This document shows positions 1-10,184 of a stretch of DNA of 64,000 bases, piece after piece. The DNA is from Macrostomum lignano. Its lineage: Eukaryota. The translations under genes were made by a program, and so were the position numbers. The notes beneath the pieces were generated by a model that was given only the letters and a program-made list of their open reading frames with translations, was not told the origin of the DNA and searched no databases. The stretch lies in NCBI GenBank assembly GCA_002269645.1, contig NIVC01002903.1:7040-71039 (forward strand), read 5' to 3'. Position 1 is the first letter of the stretch, and every line of letters begins with the position of its first letter.

Positions 1-135
1 GCTGATAAGGGTGCTGATAAGGGTAACAAAAGTGACTATTTTTCACACCTCTTACATGCTACTTGTCAGATGCTTTGAATCTGATAAACTTGCATCAAAG
101 GAAACCATACCCCACTCACAGTTGCGGTTGACCTG

Positions 136-1048
136 GGGCCCGTGCTATAGAATACTCTTAACTCCTAAATCCTTAAGAGTGTCCTAACTCCTAGCTCCTA
201 GCTGGCTTTTCTGTGCTATAGAATCAAGAGTAAATTTAAGAGCTAGGAGGCTCCTTAAGGACGTTAGGAGACTCCTGGGTGAATTTAGGAGACCTCTTTA
301 GGGTTTGTCGCGTGCTATAGAATAAGGAGCGGAGCGTAGGAGCTAGGAGCTAGGAATTGCCGTTTAGGAGTGAGTTTTAGGAGTGCGTGTCCTATAGAAG
401 GAGCGAAACTCATTTCTAGCTCCTAACTCCTAGTTAAGACTTCAAGGGCCAAATTTCACTCTTAGGTTATAGTAGGATCGTGTGATTCGTTTCTTTTTTC
501 ATGTTTTCGGACAGTGAGCTAGGCTCCGACGATGAGGGAGCTAATGATCGGCGACCCAGACAATTTAAGCAGAGGATTAACTTTTTTGAAGAATATAATA
601 CTGTGTCACGATTTCGGCTCAATGAGAATCAACTCTTGGCGACATTCAAGGATGACCTCTCTCCACATTTCAATCTTGAGTGCTTTTGTTATTGTTGGCG
701 AAAAGGCACCGAAAAGGTACACGTCCTTTCGAGCCGCAATCGCTTTAAGAAACGCAACTTTTTGGTTTGCTTGCATTGTTTGAATTCACGAATTGCTCCT
801 ATAATTACTCCTTAAGGTGCGTACATTTAGGAGTTTAATTAGCACGTAGATTGGCAGACTCCTTAGCCAATCGCCTTACACTCCTTAGAACTCCTCCTCA
901 CTCCTATGCTGCACTCCTTAAAACAACTCCTAGCTCCTAACTCTTGATTCTTGAACTCTATAGCCCACAAAATCGATTCGCTCCTTGCTAGGAGCACTCC
1001 TGACTCCTAACTCCTTACTCTTTGCTCTTAAATCTATAGCATGGGCCC
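136..1048. mobile_element. Non-autonomous PIF/Harbinger DNA transposon (internal deletion derivative, 913 bp)
   Basis: 16-bp TIRs GGGCCCGTGCTATAGA (136-151) and TCTATAGCATGGGCCC (1033-1048), one mismatch. 3-bp TSD CTG at 133-135 and 1049-1051 (CWG TSD and GGG termini fit Harbinger). Subterminal CTATAG repeats at both ends. Confidence 0.85.
501..815 (+). pseudogene. Remnant of Harbinger transposase (N-terminal part)
   Basis: ORF inside the TIR element. RRPRQFKQRINFFEEY...RFRL resembles the N-terminus of HARBI1-type transposases (recalled motif). No DDE core present. Confidence 0.45.
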
Positions 1049-1477
1049 CTGGTCGTCAAAACTGCATATGAGCGTGTTTATGCTCCAATTAGTCGTGTCG
1101 TGTAAAACGAAGGGAAGTGACAGGCTATTTTTATATGCTATGCAATACAGTCGAGTATATTTGCAGTTGCTTTAAAAAAACAAATTAACGCACGCACAGC
1201 AGAGATTTTGAGTGACTAAAACAAAAAATCATAATATTGCTTTTAGTTTAGTAACAAGACCAAATACAGGCAGCGTAAAGAACCGAGTCCTTAAAGGGTG
1301 ATGAGAACTGACCACGACCAGTTAAGATTCCGGGAGAAGATTCTGAGGGAGGGAGCGGAGGGGAAGATCAGATCGCACATTGATAAGAGATTCTCAAGTT
1401 TACATGTTCCATGAATGTTTGTTATTGTGTTCACAAGAAGTAATCAAGTCAAGCATTTACTTGAAGCAATTAGTACT

Positions 1478-1783
1478 TCAGTTAGATATAGAAACTCGCA
1501 CAATGTCTTCAACAGTGATCGCCTTTGGCTGACTTCCAAATCGACTCAGTAGTTTAGCGGAAGCCGCCAGCGTTGCCAGAGTTGGTCTCGGCGGAGGCTG
1601 AGGATGGGGCTGAGGCTGATGGTGCACCCCTGCGCCCTCTCTGGCATTACTAGCCGGTTTTTCCGAGATGAAGCTGACTTCGGTTACGCGGCTATCATTG
1701 TGATCAAAGTTCTGCTGGTTGCTCTCATAGTCCACGTCGTCATCGATGGCGGCGCTCTCCAAGTCTGTGTTCGGCTTGGCCAT
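1478..1783 (-). CDS. Putative coding exon of an unidentified gene continuing off the left end
   Basis: 101-aa ATG ORF with protein-like composition (acidic stretch, PQPHPQPPPRP). Possible donor after ...EDI/VR. No recognisable family. Confidence 0.3.
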   Translation of the reverse strand: MAKPNTDLESAAIDDDVDYESNQQNFDHNDSRVTEVSFISEKPASNAREGAGVHHQPQPHPQPPPRPTLATLAASAKLLSRFGSQPKAITVEDIVRVSISN

Positions 1784-3239
1784 GCTTGGTTGTGGCTTGG
1801 TGCTGGTGGACTTGGTTGTTCTGGTTCAAATTCCGATAAAATGCTGGATAAGTTACCCCGCTCGATATCAGACTAGCCTATAGAGGTCGGTCGATTCCTT
1901 CAAGGCCAATCGATATTAACAGGGGTGGGTGAACTAAAACGTGTACATTCTTGCAATGTACATCAAACGCACTAACCTTGGCTGTGAAAAGCGGCCTGTC
2001 CAACCGCCAAATTAGTTCAGTAGCTTGCTTAACCCGACTGACACGACGCCACCCCCTACTCCCACCGAGAATGTACATGCAGAACTTTGTGTACATAGTC
2101 GGCGGTAAGGATTAATTTCCCTCAGAGCTATAAATAGAATCATTCACTTCAGTTGAACAACCCTTGACCTTGGCCTTGAGCCTTTGAGTAAAGACCATTT
2201 GCAAGCCATTTAACTTTCTTTAGAAGTGCAATAGCCCCAGTAATATTACATTAGATTCAGCAACATTGAAAACCGCCGCCCTAGACCCAGTGCACCTGAG
2301 TGAGAGTTGAAAACCTTCTGTCATATGCAGTTTAGTGAGCTGAAGTCGATCGCTCTGCCAATGCTCTAGGGTGTTGGTTTTCAATGTTGCTGAGTACGCT
2401 CGCATGTATGCCAAAATCTTTTAAAAGCTTTGAATAATAAATTTACTACTGCTTGTTTATTTTTTTGAGAAAACAAGGAACTATTCTCTTCAAAAACCAT
2501 AAAGACAAGATAAAGGAAAATCGCAGAGGAGCAACCAAAAAAACGCGCACCCAAAATGGCTTGAATTCACTTTCAATCGCAGCATTATTACCATTTGTAC
2601 TTCGAGTAAAAAAGTAAAAATGCAAATTACACAAAGCTGCAGTTTGACATGTCACGCTTGCTACTTGTTGTAAGTAGTGCAATATGGAAGGACAATTGAA
2701 GCGCTAGCTTATTACAGATACACAGAAAAATTTTACGGAGCACAATACTAAACAGACTACTAAAAGTATCAGTATATTCTGCGTGCATAATTTGATTTTT
2801 AAAGCAGATTTTAATTCAATTAAAAATACCAGTCACGGGTCTCAAATTCGATTAAACTCCTTCATTGAATTGATATAGGGATGGCGATTTTTCGAAAATA
2901 ATTATTATAGCTCCTATCGAGGACCGACAATTGGCAAGGGGATCGAACCAGGCATGCCAAAGTCGAGAAGCTCACTGTCTCATCGAAGTTTTTGCATGAT
3001 TAAAAATGCTAATTTCTGCTCCAGCAGAAAGAATTAAAATGAGTTGGTTGACTTTGCGGCAAAATAAATTTTTTCTCAAGCCGATATCATTTCTTCTTGC
3101 AGAAAATTTTTCAGAGAGAAAAAGCTTGAATTTGCTTTCAACACCGTGAGTATAACATCTTTTATTGTTTCTCCTGTCGGCTGCCCTTGCCCTGCCTCCC
3201 TCGCTACTGTCCATGGCTGAATCGGTGGACCTACTCTGG

Positions 3240-3610
3240 CCTCATTTGCCCAGCGTATAGATTGCAGTTGTCTATGGCCCAATCGATGGTGACCTCCTCT
3301 AGCCTCATTTGCCCAGTGTATACATTGCAGTTGTCTATGGCCCAATCGATGGTGACCTCCTTTAGCCTCATTTGCCCAGTGTATACATTGCAGTTGTCTA
3401 TGGCCTAATCGATGGTGACCTCCTCTAGCCTCATTTGCCCAGCGTATAGATTGCAGTTGTCTATGGCACAATCGATGGTGACCTCCTCTAGCCTCATTTG
3501 CCCAGTGTATACATTGCAGTTGTCTATGGCCCAATCGATGGTGACCTTCTCTAGCCTCATTTGCCCAGTGTATACATTGCAGTTGTCTATGGCTCAATCG
3601 ATGGTGACCT
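3240..3610. repeat. 63-bp tandem repeat, about 6 copies, just downstream of the TTLL10 stop
   Basis: CCTCATTTGCCC recurs at 3240, 3303, 3366, 3429, 3492 and 3555. Confidence 0.95.
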
Positions 3611-3674
3611 TCCCCGTCCTTGGCTTTGCCCCGGCTTGACAGTTCAAGAATGATCTAGCACAGAAAGTGAATAA

Positions 3675-4217
3675 TCAAAATTTGCCAATAGATTTGACAA
3701 CAGCTGCCTGACTGGCACTGCTTGGCTTGGTCTGTGACAGTGACAGACTACTTTTTGCTTTCTGCAGCCTGACCGCTACCGCGCCACGCTGCTGGCGCTG
3801 TGGCAAGGTCTGTTGCGTATGTTGCTTCTGCAGCTGTTGGGGTTGACTGTTCGACGAGCTAGCAGTTGATGGCCGACTCAGATGCAGATTCTCCGAGGAT
3901 TTCGCGCTGGAGATTCCTGAATTTGCGTGCAGATTCAGTGCCGGCATGCTCCTAGTCCGGCTGCTCAGCTGCCCAGCCTTCTGCTGCCGCTCGACCAGAG
4001 TCGGCCTCGGCTGTCTGGGACGCGAGCTGCTGTCGTAGATCAGCTGGAATTCCTTTTGCTGTCCGGACAGTGGCAGAACTGGCTGACGGCGGAACACGCG
4101 GTCGAAAGCCTCGGCGGCGATGGCCAGGGCTTCGTGGACAACGCCAGGTATGATGGCTTCCTGGGTGGAGTTGTACAGGCCCAAGGCCGGAGTGGAGTTC
4201 AACTCCAGGAGCCACAC
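3675..4217 (-). CDS. TTLL10: TTLL10-like tubulin glycylase, last coding exon
   Basis: Acceptor TCCATCCAG|GTG at 4218/4217. VWLLELNSTPAL...IIPGVVHEALAIAAEAF..VFRRQPVLPL matches the TTLL10 C-terminal TTL motif (VWLLEMNSNPAL...VIPGVV.ETL). TGA at 3677-3675. Confidence 0.85.
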   Translation of the reverse strand: MWLLELNSTPALGLYNSTQEAIIPGVVHEALAIAAEAFDRVFRRQPVLPLSGQQKEFQLIYDSSSRPRQPRPTLVERQQKAGQLSSRTRSMPALNLHANSGISSAKSSENLHLSRPSTASSSNSQPQQLQKQHTQQTLPQRQQRGAVAVRLQKAKSSLSLSQTKPSSASQAAVVKSIGKF

Positions 4218-4432
4218 CTGGATGGAGAGAAGCGATTGGAAGGCTTTTCAATGCTGGGTGGGCCGCATTTGTACAGTTGATGAGAATCTGCTACCTTCTA
4301 TTCTTATATTCGTGCCCGTTTTGCTGACCCTTGGGCACACATGCGAGCAGGGGGACACGTACGCGGGTACACGCTAACATCATATGTATGGTACAGTAGG
4401 CCCTGACTTTTCCATTACCTTCAGGCTACCGG

Positions 4433-4956
4433 ACATTCCCCCTGTCATTTCCCCTCCCGCATGCGTTTCCCCTTTCCCATTCCCCTTTCCCCTTCGGCGG
4501 CGCTTCCTCTTGGGACATTTCCCCTCCGGGATTTTTCCTCCGCCGTTTCCCCTCCGGCGTTTCCCTTCGAAATGAAAATTGACATGAAAGTGGAAGTGGC
4601 CGGGCACCTCCAGCCAGGCGTGCTGGTAGGCAGCTGCCAACCGCCGGAACCGCTGGTCGCACGCCTTCCATATCCTGCGCTGGGCGGTTGGCTCTGCACC
4701 AGTTTTCGGACCGTTGATCGGCATGGTGATCAAACTAGAAGCGCCGGAGAGAAAACAGTGGAAGGGAATGTTGGAGGGGAAACGGCGGAAGGGAAACGGC
4801 GGAGGGGAATTGCCGGAGGGGAAGTGCCGGAGTGGCAATCTACTACTGTCCGGAGGGGAAGTGCCGGAGTGGCAATCTAATACTGTCCGGGGGGAAGTAC
4901 CGGAGGGAATCTGTCCTCAAGGGGAAACACCGGAGGGGAAATGACGGAGGGGACGT
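4433..4956. mobile_element. GC-rich foldback/MITE-like element in TTLL10 intron
   Basis: 25-bp terminal inverted repeat with 21/25 identity (4433-4457 vs 4932-4956). Left arm carries TTTCCCCTCCG-like subrepeats, right arm the complementary CGGAGGGGAA-like subrepeats. No TSD found. Confidence 0.65.
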
Positions 4957-5122
4957 GAATGACTCGACAAGCGCGAGGCTAATTTGCGTGCCGGGACTCC
5001 AAAACTATTGTGAATCCGGGTACTCTGGCACAAGAGTCATACACGGTACGGTGCGATAACAAGCAATCCAGGGATTAAAGAAGACAAGATCTGAGCAAGA
5101 AGTATGCAGCAGGTGGACTCAC

Positions 5123-5808
5123 CTTGCCGGATTCCTCCACCAGGAAATCGCAGCCGAACAGCTCAAAGCAGCCGCAGGCGGTGGCCAGCTTTGGTCGAGT
5201 CGCCGCGACAAGGTGCGCCAGCGCCTGACGGATGCTGACCTGCATCCCGGAGATAGCGAAGTCCTTGTCCAGTCCTAACTGTTCGCAGTGCTCGTTGATG
5301 TGGCAATTCAGCCTGTCGATTGACCAGATTGTCTCCTCCCGGGCCGCATCGTAGGCGGAGTCCTTCTGCTGCACGGCTTGATTGGTCAGGTGCAAGCAGA
5401 GATCGTCGCTTTTCAGGTCGAAGTCGCGGCAGGTGAGCCGGGCGTAGCCGGGGTGGTAGAAGGCCAGGCAGTTGAGGTTTAGCGTGGCCAGCACTAGCAG
5501 GTAGACGCGCAGATCGAATTTCTTACCGGCCAGCAGCAGTGGCCGCTCGATGTACTTTTGAATGACCCAGTCGCGTCGCGGCTCGCCGTTCGTGCGCTCG
5601 TCGTTGAACAGATTACGGAAGTCGAGCTCGGCGCGCACCAGCTTGATGCCTTCGCCTCGGTTCAGCGTTGCGGGCTTGCAGATCCACAGGCTGCCGGACT
5701 CCGAGCTCATCCGGCGAAGGAACTGCAGCCTCTGCATCGCGGTGCGCAACACAAAGGTCGCCGGCAGGACGGCGTCGGCCGTTAGGCGGGGATGATCGCG
5801 GCAGCGGC
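5123..5808 (-). CDS. TTLL10: TTLL10-like, 3' part of exon 2 (TTL catalytic core), downstream of the retrotransposon
   Basis: VLPATFVL...WICKPATLNRGEGIKL...VIQKYIERPLLLAGKKFDLRVYLL...HLTNQAVQQK...FELFGCDFLVEESGK. Donor AAG|GTGAGT at 5123/5122, phase 0, joins 4217. Confidence 0.9.
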
Positions 5809-8800
5809 TTACTTGACTTACTTGACTTAGCTGCAGGGTGGTCCGTAGACACAGCGGGGAGGCGAGGGTCGCCCATTCCGCTAGCCCCTGAAGGCCCGCA
5901 GACAGGCAGAGGCGTGGGGCCGGTCAGGGTGGTCCGCCGGTCCGTCCTGCAGCGTGATCTTCCGTTGGGAAGAAACTGGCTCGTCTAGTCGCCCGAAGGA
6001 ACTGGATGAGCCGTGGGATGCTGTCGGGCTGGCAAACCTCGTCAATGGACGGGTTCGGCCCGAGGTAGCGTAGCCGGTCTCTGTTAAAGAAAGGGCAGTG
6101 ACAGACAAAGTGCTGAGCATCTTCATTGTCGCACTCGCAAAAGGGGCAAATTTCGCTCTCGAGGTCGCCTCGGAGGAAGCAGTGCCTGGCGAGGTAGCCA
6201 TGGCCGGTAAGGGTCATGACAAGGGCTCGAATATCCTTCCGATTCTGGTTCAGAAGGATGTTTCTGAGCCTGTGAGACGGGCAAGGAACCGCGGCACGAG
6301 ATTGCCGGCAGTTTTGGGTGCCCGCCCATCTGTCCCTGTGGAGGGAGTCAGCCCAGTCGTCGATCTGACGATTGATGACTGTCAAGGGCATAGGGACCAG
6401 GGGGGCAGGGCCGAAAAAAGAGCCAGAGCCGCCCCTCTTGGCGAGGGTGTCTGCCAGCTCGTTCCCCGGAAACCCTGCGTGCCCTGGGATCCACTTCAGC
6501 CTGACAGTATTGCTTCTGGCCAGGAGGTTGAGCTGCCGGGCGCAGTCGGCGACTGTCCGGGAGTTCGTTGTGGTGTGGCAAAGGGCCTGTAAGGCCGCTT
6601 GGCTGTCGGAGTGGATGACAATAGTCTTTCCTCTCGTAACCTTGGCGTTTAGCTCTGCAGCGCAAGAGCTGATGGCAAGGACTTCGTTCTGGAAGACTGT
6701 GGAGAGTCTACCAGTGTGCTGGGCATGCGTGGCAATTACGCGGCCGTTGATGATGATGCAGACCCCAAAGCCGGCGCGACCGTCTTTGATGGATCCGTCC
6801 GTGTAGCAATGGACCTCCTGGAAATTCCAGTGGTCATTGGCAGCATCCCTAGAGGGGATGGTGACCTTGTAGCGCTGAAAGAGGTTGAGAGTGCGGGGTT
6901 CGCCGTCAGATAGGACGTGGAGCCCGCCGCTGTCTCTCAAGTCCTTGAGGCAGAGGTCAGCGTGGGGCAGAAGCTTGCGCTTAGCCATGGCCCTATGGGG
7001 CTGGATTCGAATGCCAGCGTCAGCTAGACGGCGGGCAGTCTTAGCCGCTTCCCTGCGGACAAAGATGTCCAGCGGAGGAATGTTGAGGAAGGCGTTGAGG
7101 CCATCGTAAGGAGCAGACGGAGGGGCGCTCATGATCGTGCGACAAGCGCGCCCTTGCGCTCTCCTGAGAGCCTCTAGACAGGTCTTTATCTGCAGGGCGC
7201 TAGCCCAGATCAGGCCGCCATACGAGATAGCGGGCCTAACCATTGCAGTGTAGATCCACCAGAGGCGCTTGGGGGTGAGCCCCCAGGTGGTGCCGACGGC
7301 CCTGCGCAATTGCGCGAGGACTGCGAAGGCCTTTTTGGCTTTTGTTTGAACGTGGGGAGACCAGTTCAGCCTGTGGTCCAGGGTAATACCCAGACATTTA
7401 GTCTGCTTGCAGAAGGGGATTTCCCTTCCGTAAAGCGTGAGCGGCCGAATCTGCCACTTGGTCCTGCTGGTGAACATGATCGCTGCGGTCTTAGTCTCAG
7501 AGAGCCTTAAACCACAGCGGTCCGCCCATTGCTCAGCAGCGTAGATGAAGTTCTGAAGAAGGTCCCTGAGGGTATCAGGGGACGGACCAGATGCCACCGC
7601 GGTGACATCGTCCGCATATCCAACTTTCAGAATGGGGTCAGGCCGAACATCCCGGAGGAGCTCATCGATGACCATATTCCAGAGAACTGGAGACAGCACC
7701 CCACCTTGCGGGCTACCTTTGCAGACGGGGACCGTCCTCTGGTAGCCCAGCAGACTGGCGGTGGCCGTGCGATGGCTGATCATGTACATGATCCATCTGG
7801 TGAGATGTGAGTGCGTTAGCCTCTCACAAAGAGCTCTTCGGAACGCCTCAAAGAGGACGTTATCGAAGGCGCCAATGATGTCCAGGAAGATCCCCAGAGC
7901 AAAGCCACTACCAAGCACGGCCTTCTCGAGTTTATCGACCAGGACGTGCAGCGCGCTTTCAGTGGAGCGACCCGCCCGAAAAGCGTGCTGGTTCTCGCTG
8001 AGAGGTTTGTTCTTCAGCTCAACAGAGAGAAGGCGCCAAAGCACCAGTCTCTCCATCAGCTTGACCAGGGAGGAGGTCAAGCTGATCGGTCTGAAGGATT
8101 TGATAGAATGGTAGTCCGGGCGGCCTGGCTTAGGGATAAAGATCACCTTTGCCTCGGTCCATGCCTGCGGGACATAACCAAGCGTGATGCATGCCCGAAG
8201 AAGGCTGCAAAGTTTGCGCAGGAAGCCTGGGCATTTAACCGCCTCTCTTAGAAGGGCCGGTACAATGCCGTCGGGTCCTGGGGCTTTGAAAGGCTTGAAG
8301 GAATTTGCCGCTCTCACAATGCGGTCCTCCGTGATGATAGATGCAGCCAGCGCGTGACCTCCCTCCGAGTGATCCGGAGTGGTCTGGTTAGCTGGCTCGT
8401 TAGGGAAAAACGCAGTGAGCATTACATCAAGCGTTTCCCCTGGGTTGTCCGTGGACGTACCGTCGGTGCGTTTGACCGAGGAGAGCTTAGACATTTTGTC
8501 CAGCGTGAGCGCTTTCACAACTCTGGAGGTGGGGCGTGAGCCCTCTAGCTCCTCACAGTATTGTCGCCATTTTTGAGCCTTTGCATTCCTAACCTGCCTT
8601 TTAAACTCATGAATTGCTTCATGATAGGCGGTTTGGTCTGCAGGGCTCTTAGTTTTAGTTGCTCTGCGGTGGAGTCTCTTAGCCCTGCGACGGAGGTTGC
8701 CGAGCTCGGGATTCCACCACGGCGCCGATTTTTTCCCTTTATAGGCTTTTAAAGGGCAGGACGCCTCAAAGGCGGCGGTTAGCGTCTCTGTCAAAACAGT

Positions 8801-9443
8801 CGCGCACTCATCCGCCTCTCGGCACGACGTGATCGTGAATGGTTGGCCAGGAGACCGATGGAATTCCTTCAGGGCGAGCCCGAAGGTTTCCCAATCAGTA
8901 TTTCTGGCGTTCCGTCTCCACATAACACGAGTTGCGCTACGCGCGGCCATTAGGTTGAAGGAGATGAACTTGTGATCCGATAGTGAGGACACTGGAAGCA
9001 CCCGCCACGCCCCAATACTCTGGTAGAGTCTGGGCGTTGCGAGCGTAGCGTCGATCACCTCCGACCACCGTCCGTTGTCAAAGGTAGGGGTGGACCCAGA
9101 GTTGCAGAACTCGAGGGTCGTAGAGGCAACGTAGGCTAGGAGGTCTTCGCCTCTCTGATTAATGCCAGTGCTGCCCCAGTGAGTGTGGTGGGCGTTGATG
9201 TCGCCGGCAACCATGAGCTCGTAGTTTTGGCAGAGCAGAGCTCTACCAGCGTAGCGAGGGCTCTGGGGACGACCGCAGCATCGCCTGGTAGGTAAACCGA
9301 GGCAATGAGGGTGGTCTTCCCAGGAAGAAGGTCCTCGGATTGGATGACGCAGATGTCCCTGTTGGACAGGTCCGATCTGAGCCACGCACTGAGCGTTTTG
9401 CTCGCAAAGATGCAAGCTCTGGGAGGCTGGTTGGCCTCGCGAG
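5809..9443 (-). mobile_element. 5'-truncated non-LTR retrotransposon (I superfamily, R1/LOA-like; partial APE, RT, RNase H, CCHC), 3635 bp
   Basis: 9-bp TSD GGCAGCGGC at 5800-5808 and 9444-9452. 3' tail (TAAGTCAAG)2TAAG at 5809-5830. Removing the element restores the TTLL10 frame (APQCRCRDHPRL). Confidence 0.95.
5924..9443 (-). CDS. Retrotransposon ORF2: C-terminal half of APE endonuclease, reverse transcriptase, RNase H, zinc knuckle
   Basis: APE: PRACIF, IASVYLP, GDINAHHTHWGS, LSDHKFI. RT: KAPGPDGI, FRPISLTS, GSPQGGVLSP, GYADD. RNase H: YTDGS, FQNEVLAI, SDSQAAL, WIPGHAG..GNELAD. CPFC..EDAQHFVCHC. One 1-bp frameshift at the A4 run (9225-9228). TGA at 5926-5924. Confidence 0.93.
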
Positions 9444-9706
9444 GGCAGCGGCACTGCGGCGCAGCGTCCTGAGCTCTGAGAGTCTCCGGTAGGAGCAGCT
9501 TGTTGGTCAGGCAGCGGGTGCCGGGCAGGCGGCTGATGATGTGCTGCCCGGGCCGCATCTTGCGGATGAACAGGTCGGCCTGGCAGCCATTGCACCAGAT
9601 CAGAGTGAGCGGCGGCGCCGCCTGCGGCTGCTGCGTATGCGGCGACGAGAGAATGGCCGAGTCGGCCGCCTCTGGCCAGTTTAAGCGCCGCATCACCTCG
9701 CGGATT
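9444..9706 (-). CDS. TTLL10: TTLL10-like, 5' part of exon 2 (upstream of the retrotransposon)
   Basis: Acceptor CTCTCTGCAG|A at 9707/9706. IREVMRRLNW...LIWCNG...PGQHIISRLPGTRCLTNKLLLPETLR parallels TTLL10 LKWCE...GEQLLYQLPNNKLLTTKIGLLSTLR. Confidence 0.8.
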
Positions 9707-10035
9707 CTGCAGAGAGTCGCATGATTGAACCGCTCTTAAGCTTTGCACTGTCTGGAGAAACCAAACGCAGTGGTCAAGTTCTTTTTTAGAAAATTTCTGG
9801 AGACAATTCGAATATTTTGGGACTGGGTGCAATCAAACTAGTTAAGCACGGGTTTGACCAAGGACTACTCAAGTAGGAATGGCACAGCTCGACTCATTGG
9901 CTTTATTAATCTATTTTATCATTCTTAGCTGATGACTGTAACAAAATGTGTTTTAGAGTGACGTCATTCAGAGTGACGTCAAATTTCACGACAGCGCATC
10001 AAAGGCGATGGGTCACTTTCCTGACTCGTGCTCAC

Positions 10036-10184
10036 ATTTTTGCTCCGTACTGCGTGGCCAGGTAGCAGGAACAGGTGCGGCGTCCGCTGGCACCGCGACT
10101 GCTCCGAGGCGTCTTCCCGGCCATCGGCCGGTTTCTACCGGTGGACAGCCGGGTCAGCGGCTCTGCGGCGCCCTCGTCCTCCAT
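10036..10184 (-). CDS. TTLL10: TTLL10-like, probable first coding exon
   Basis: gccATGg start at 10184, 149 nt, donor AT|GTGAGC at 10036/10035. Phase 2 matches the 9706 acceptor, giving YLATQYGAKIIREVMRR. Confidence 0.65.

Noticed and set aside
2936-2955. GGTTCGATCCCC (minus strand) resembling a tRNA T-loop/B-box; a similar GTTCGAGTCCC near 32250
   Set aside because: No A-box, D-arm or acceptor-stem pairing could be built around either site.
9230-9832. N-terminal ~200 aa of the 1302-aa ORF (5924-9832) as part of the retrotransposon protein
   Set aside because: It is an off-frame read of TTLL10 intron/exon and APE sequence. True homology upstream of about 9225 is in the 9136-9696 frame, and the element ends at the TSD (9444).
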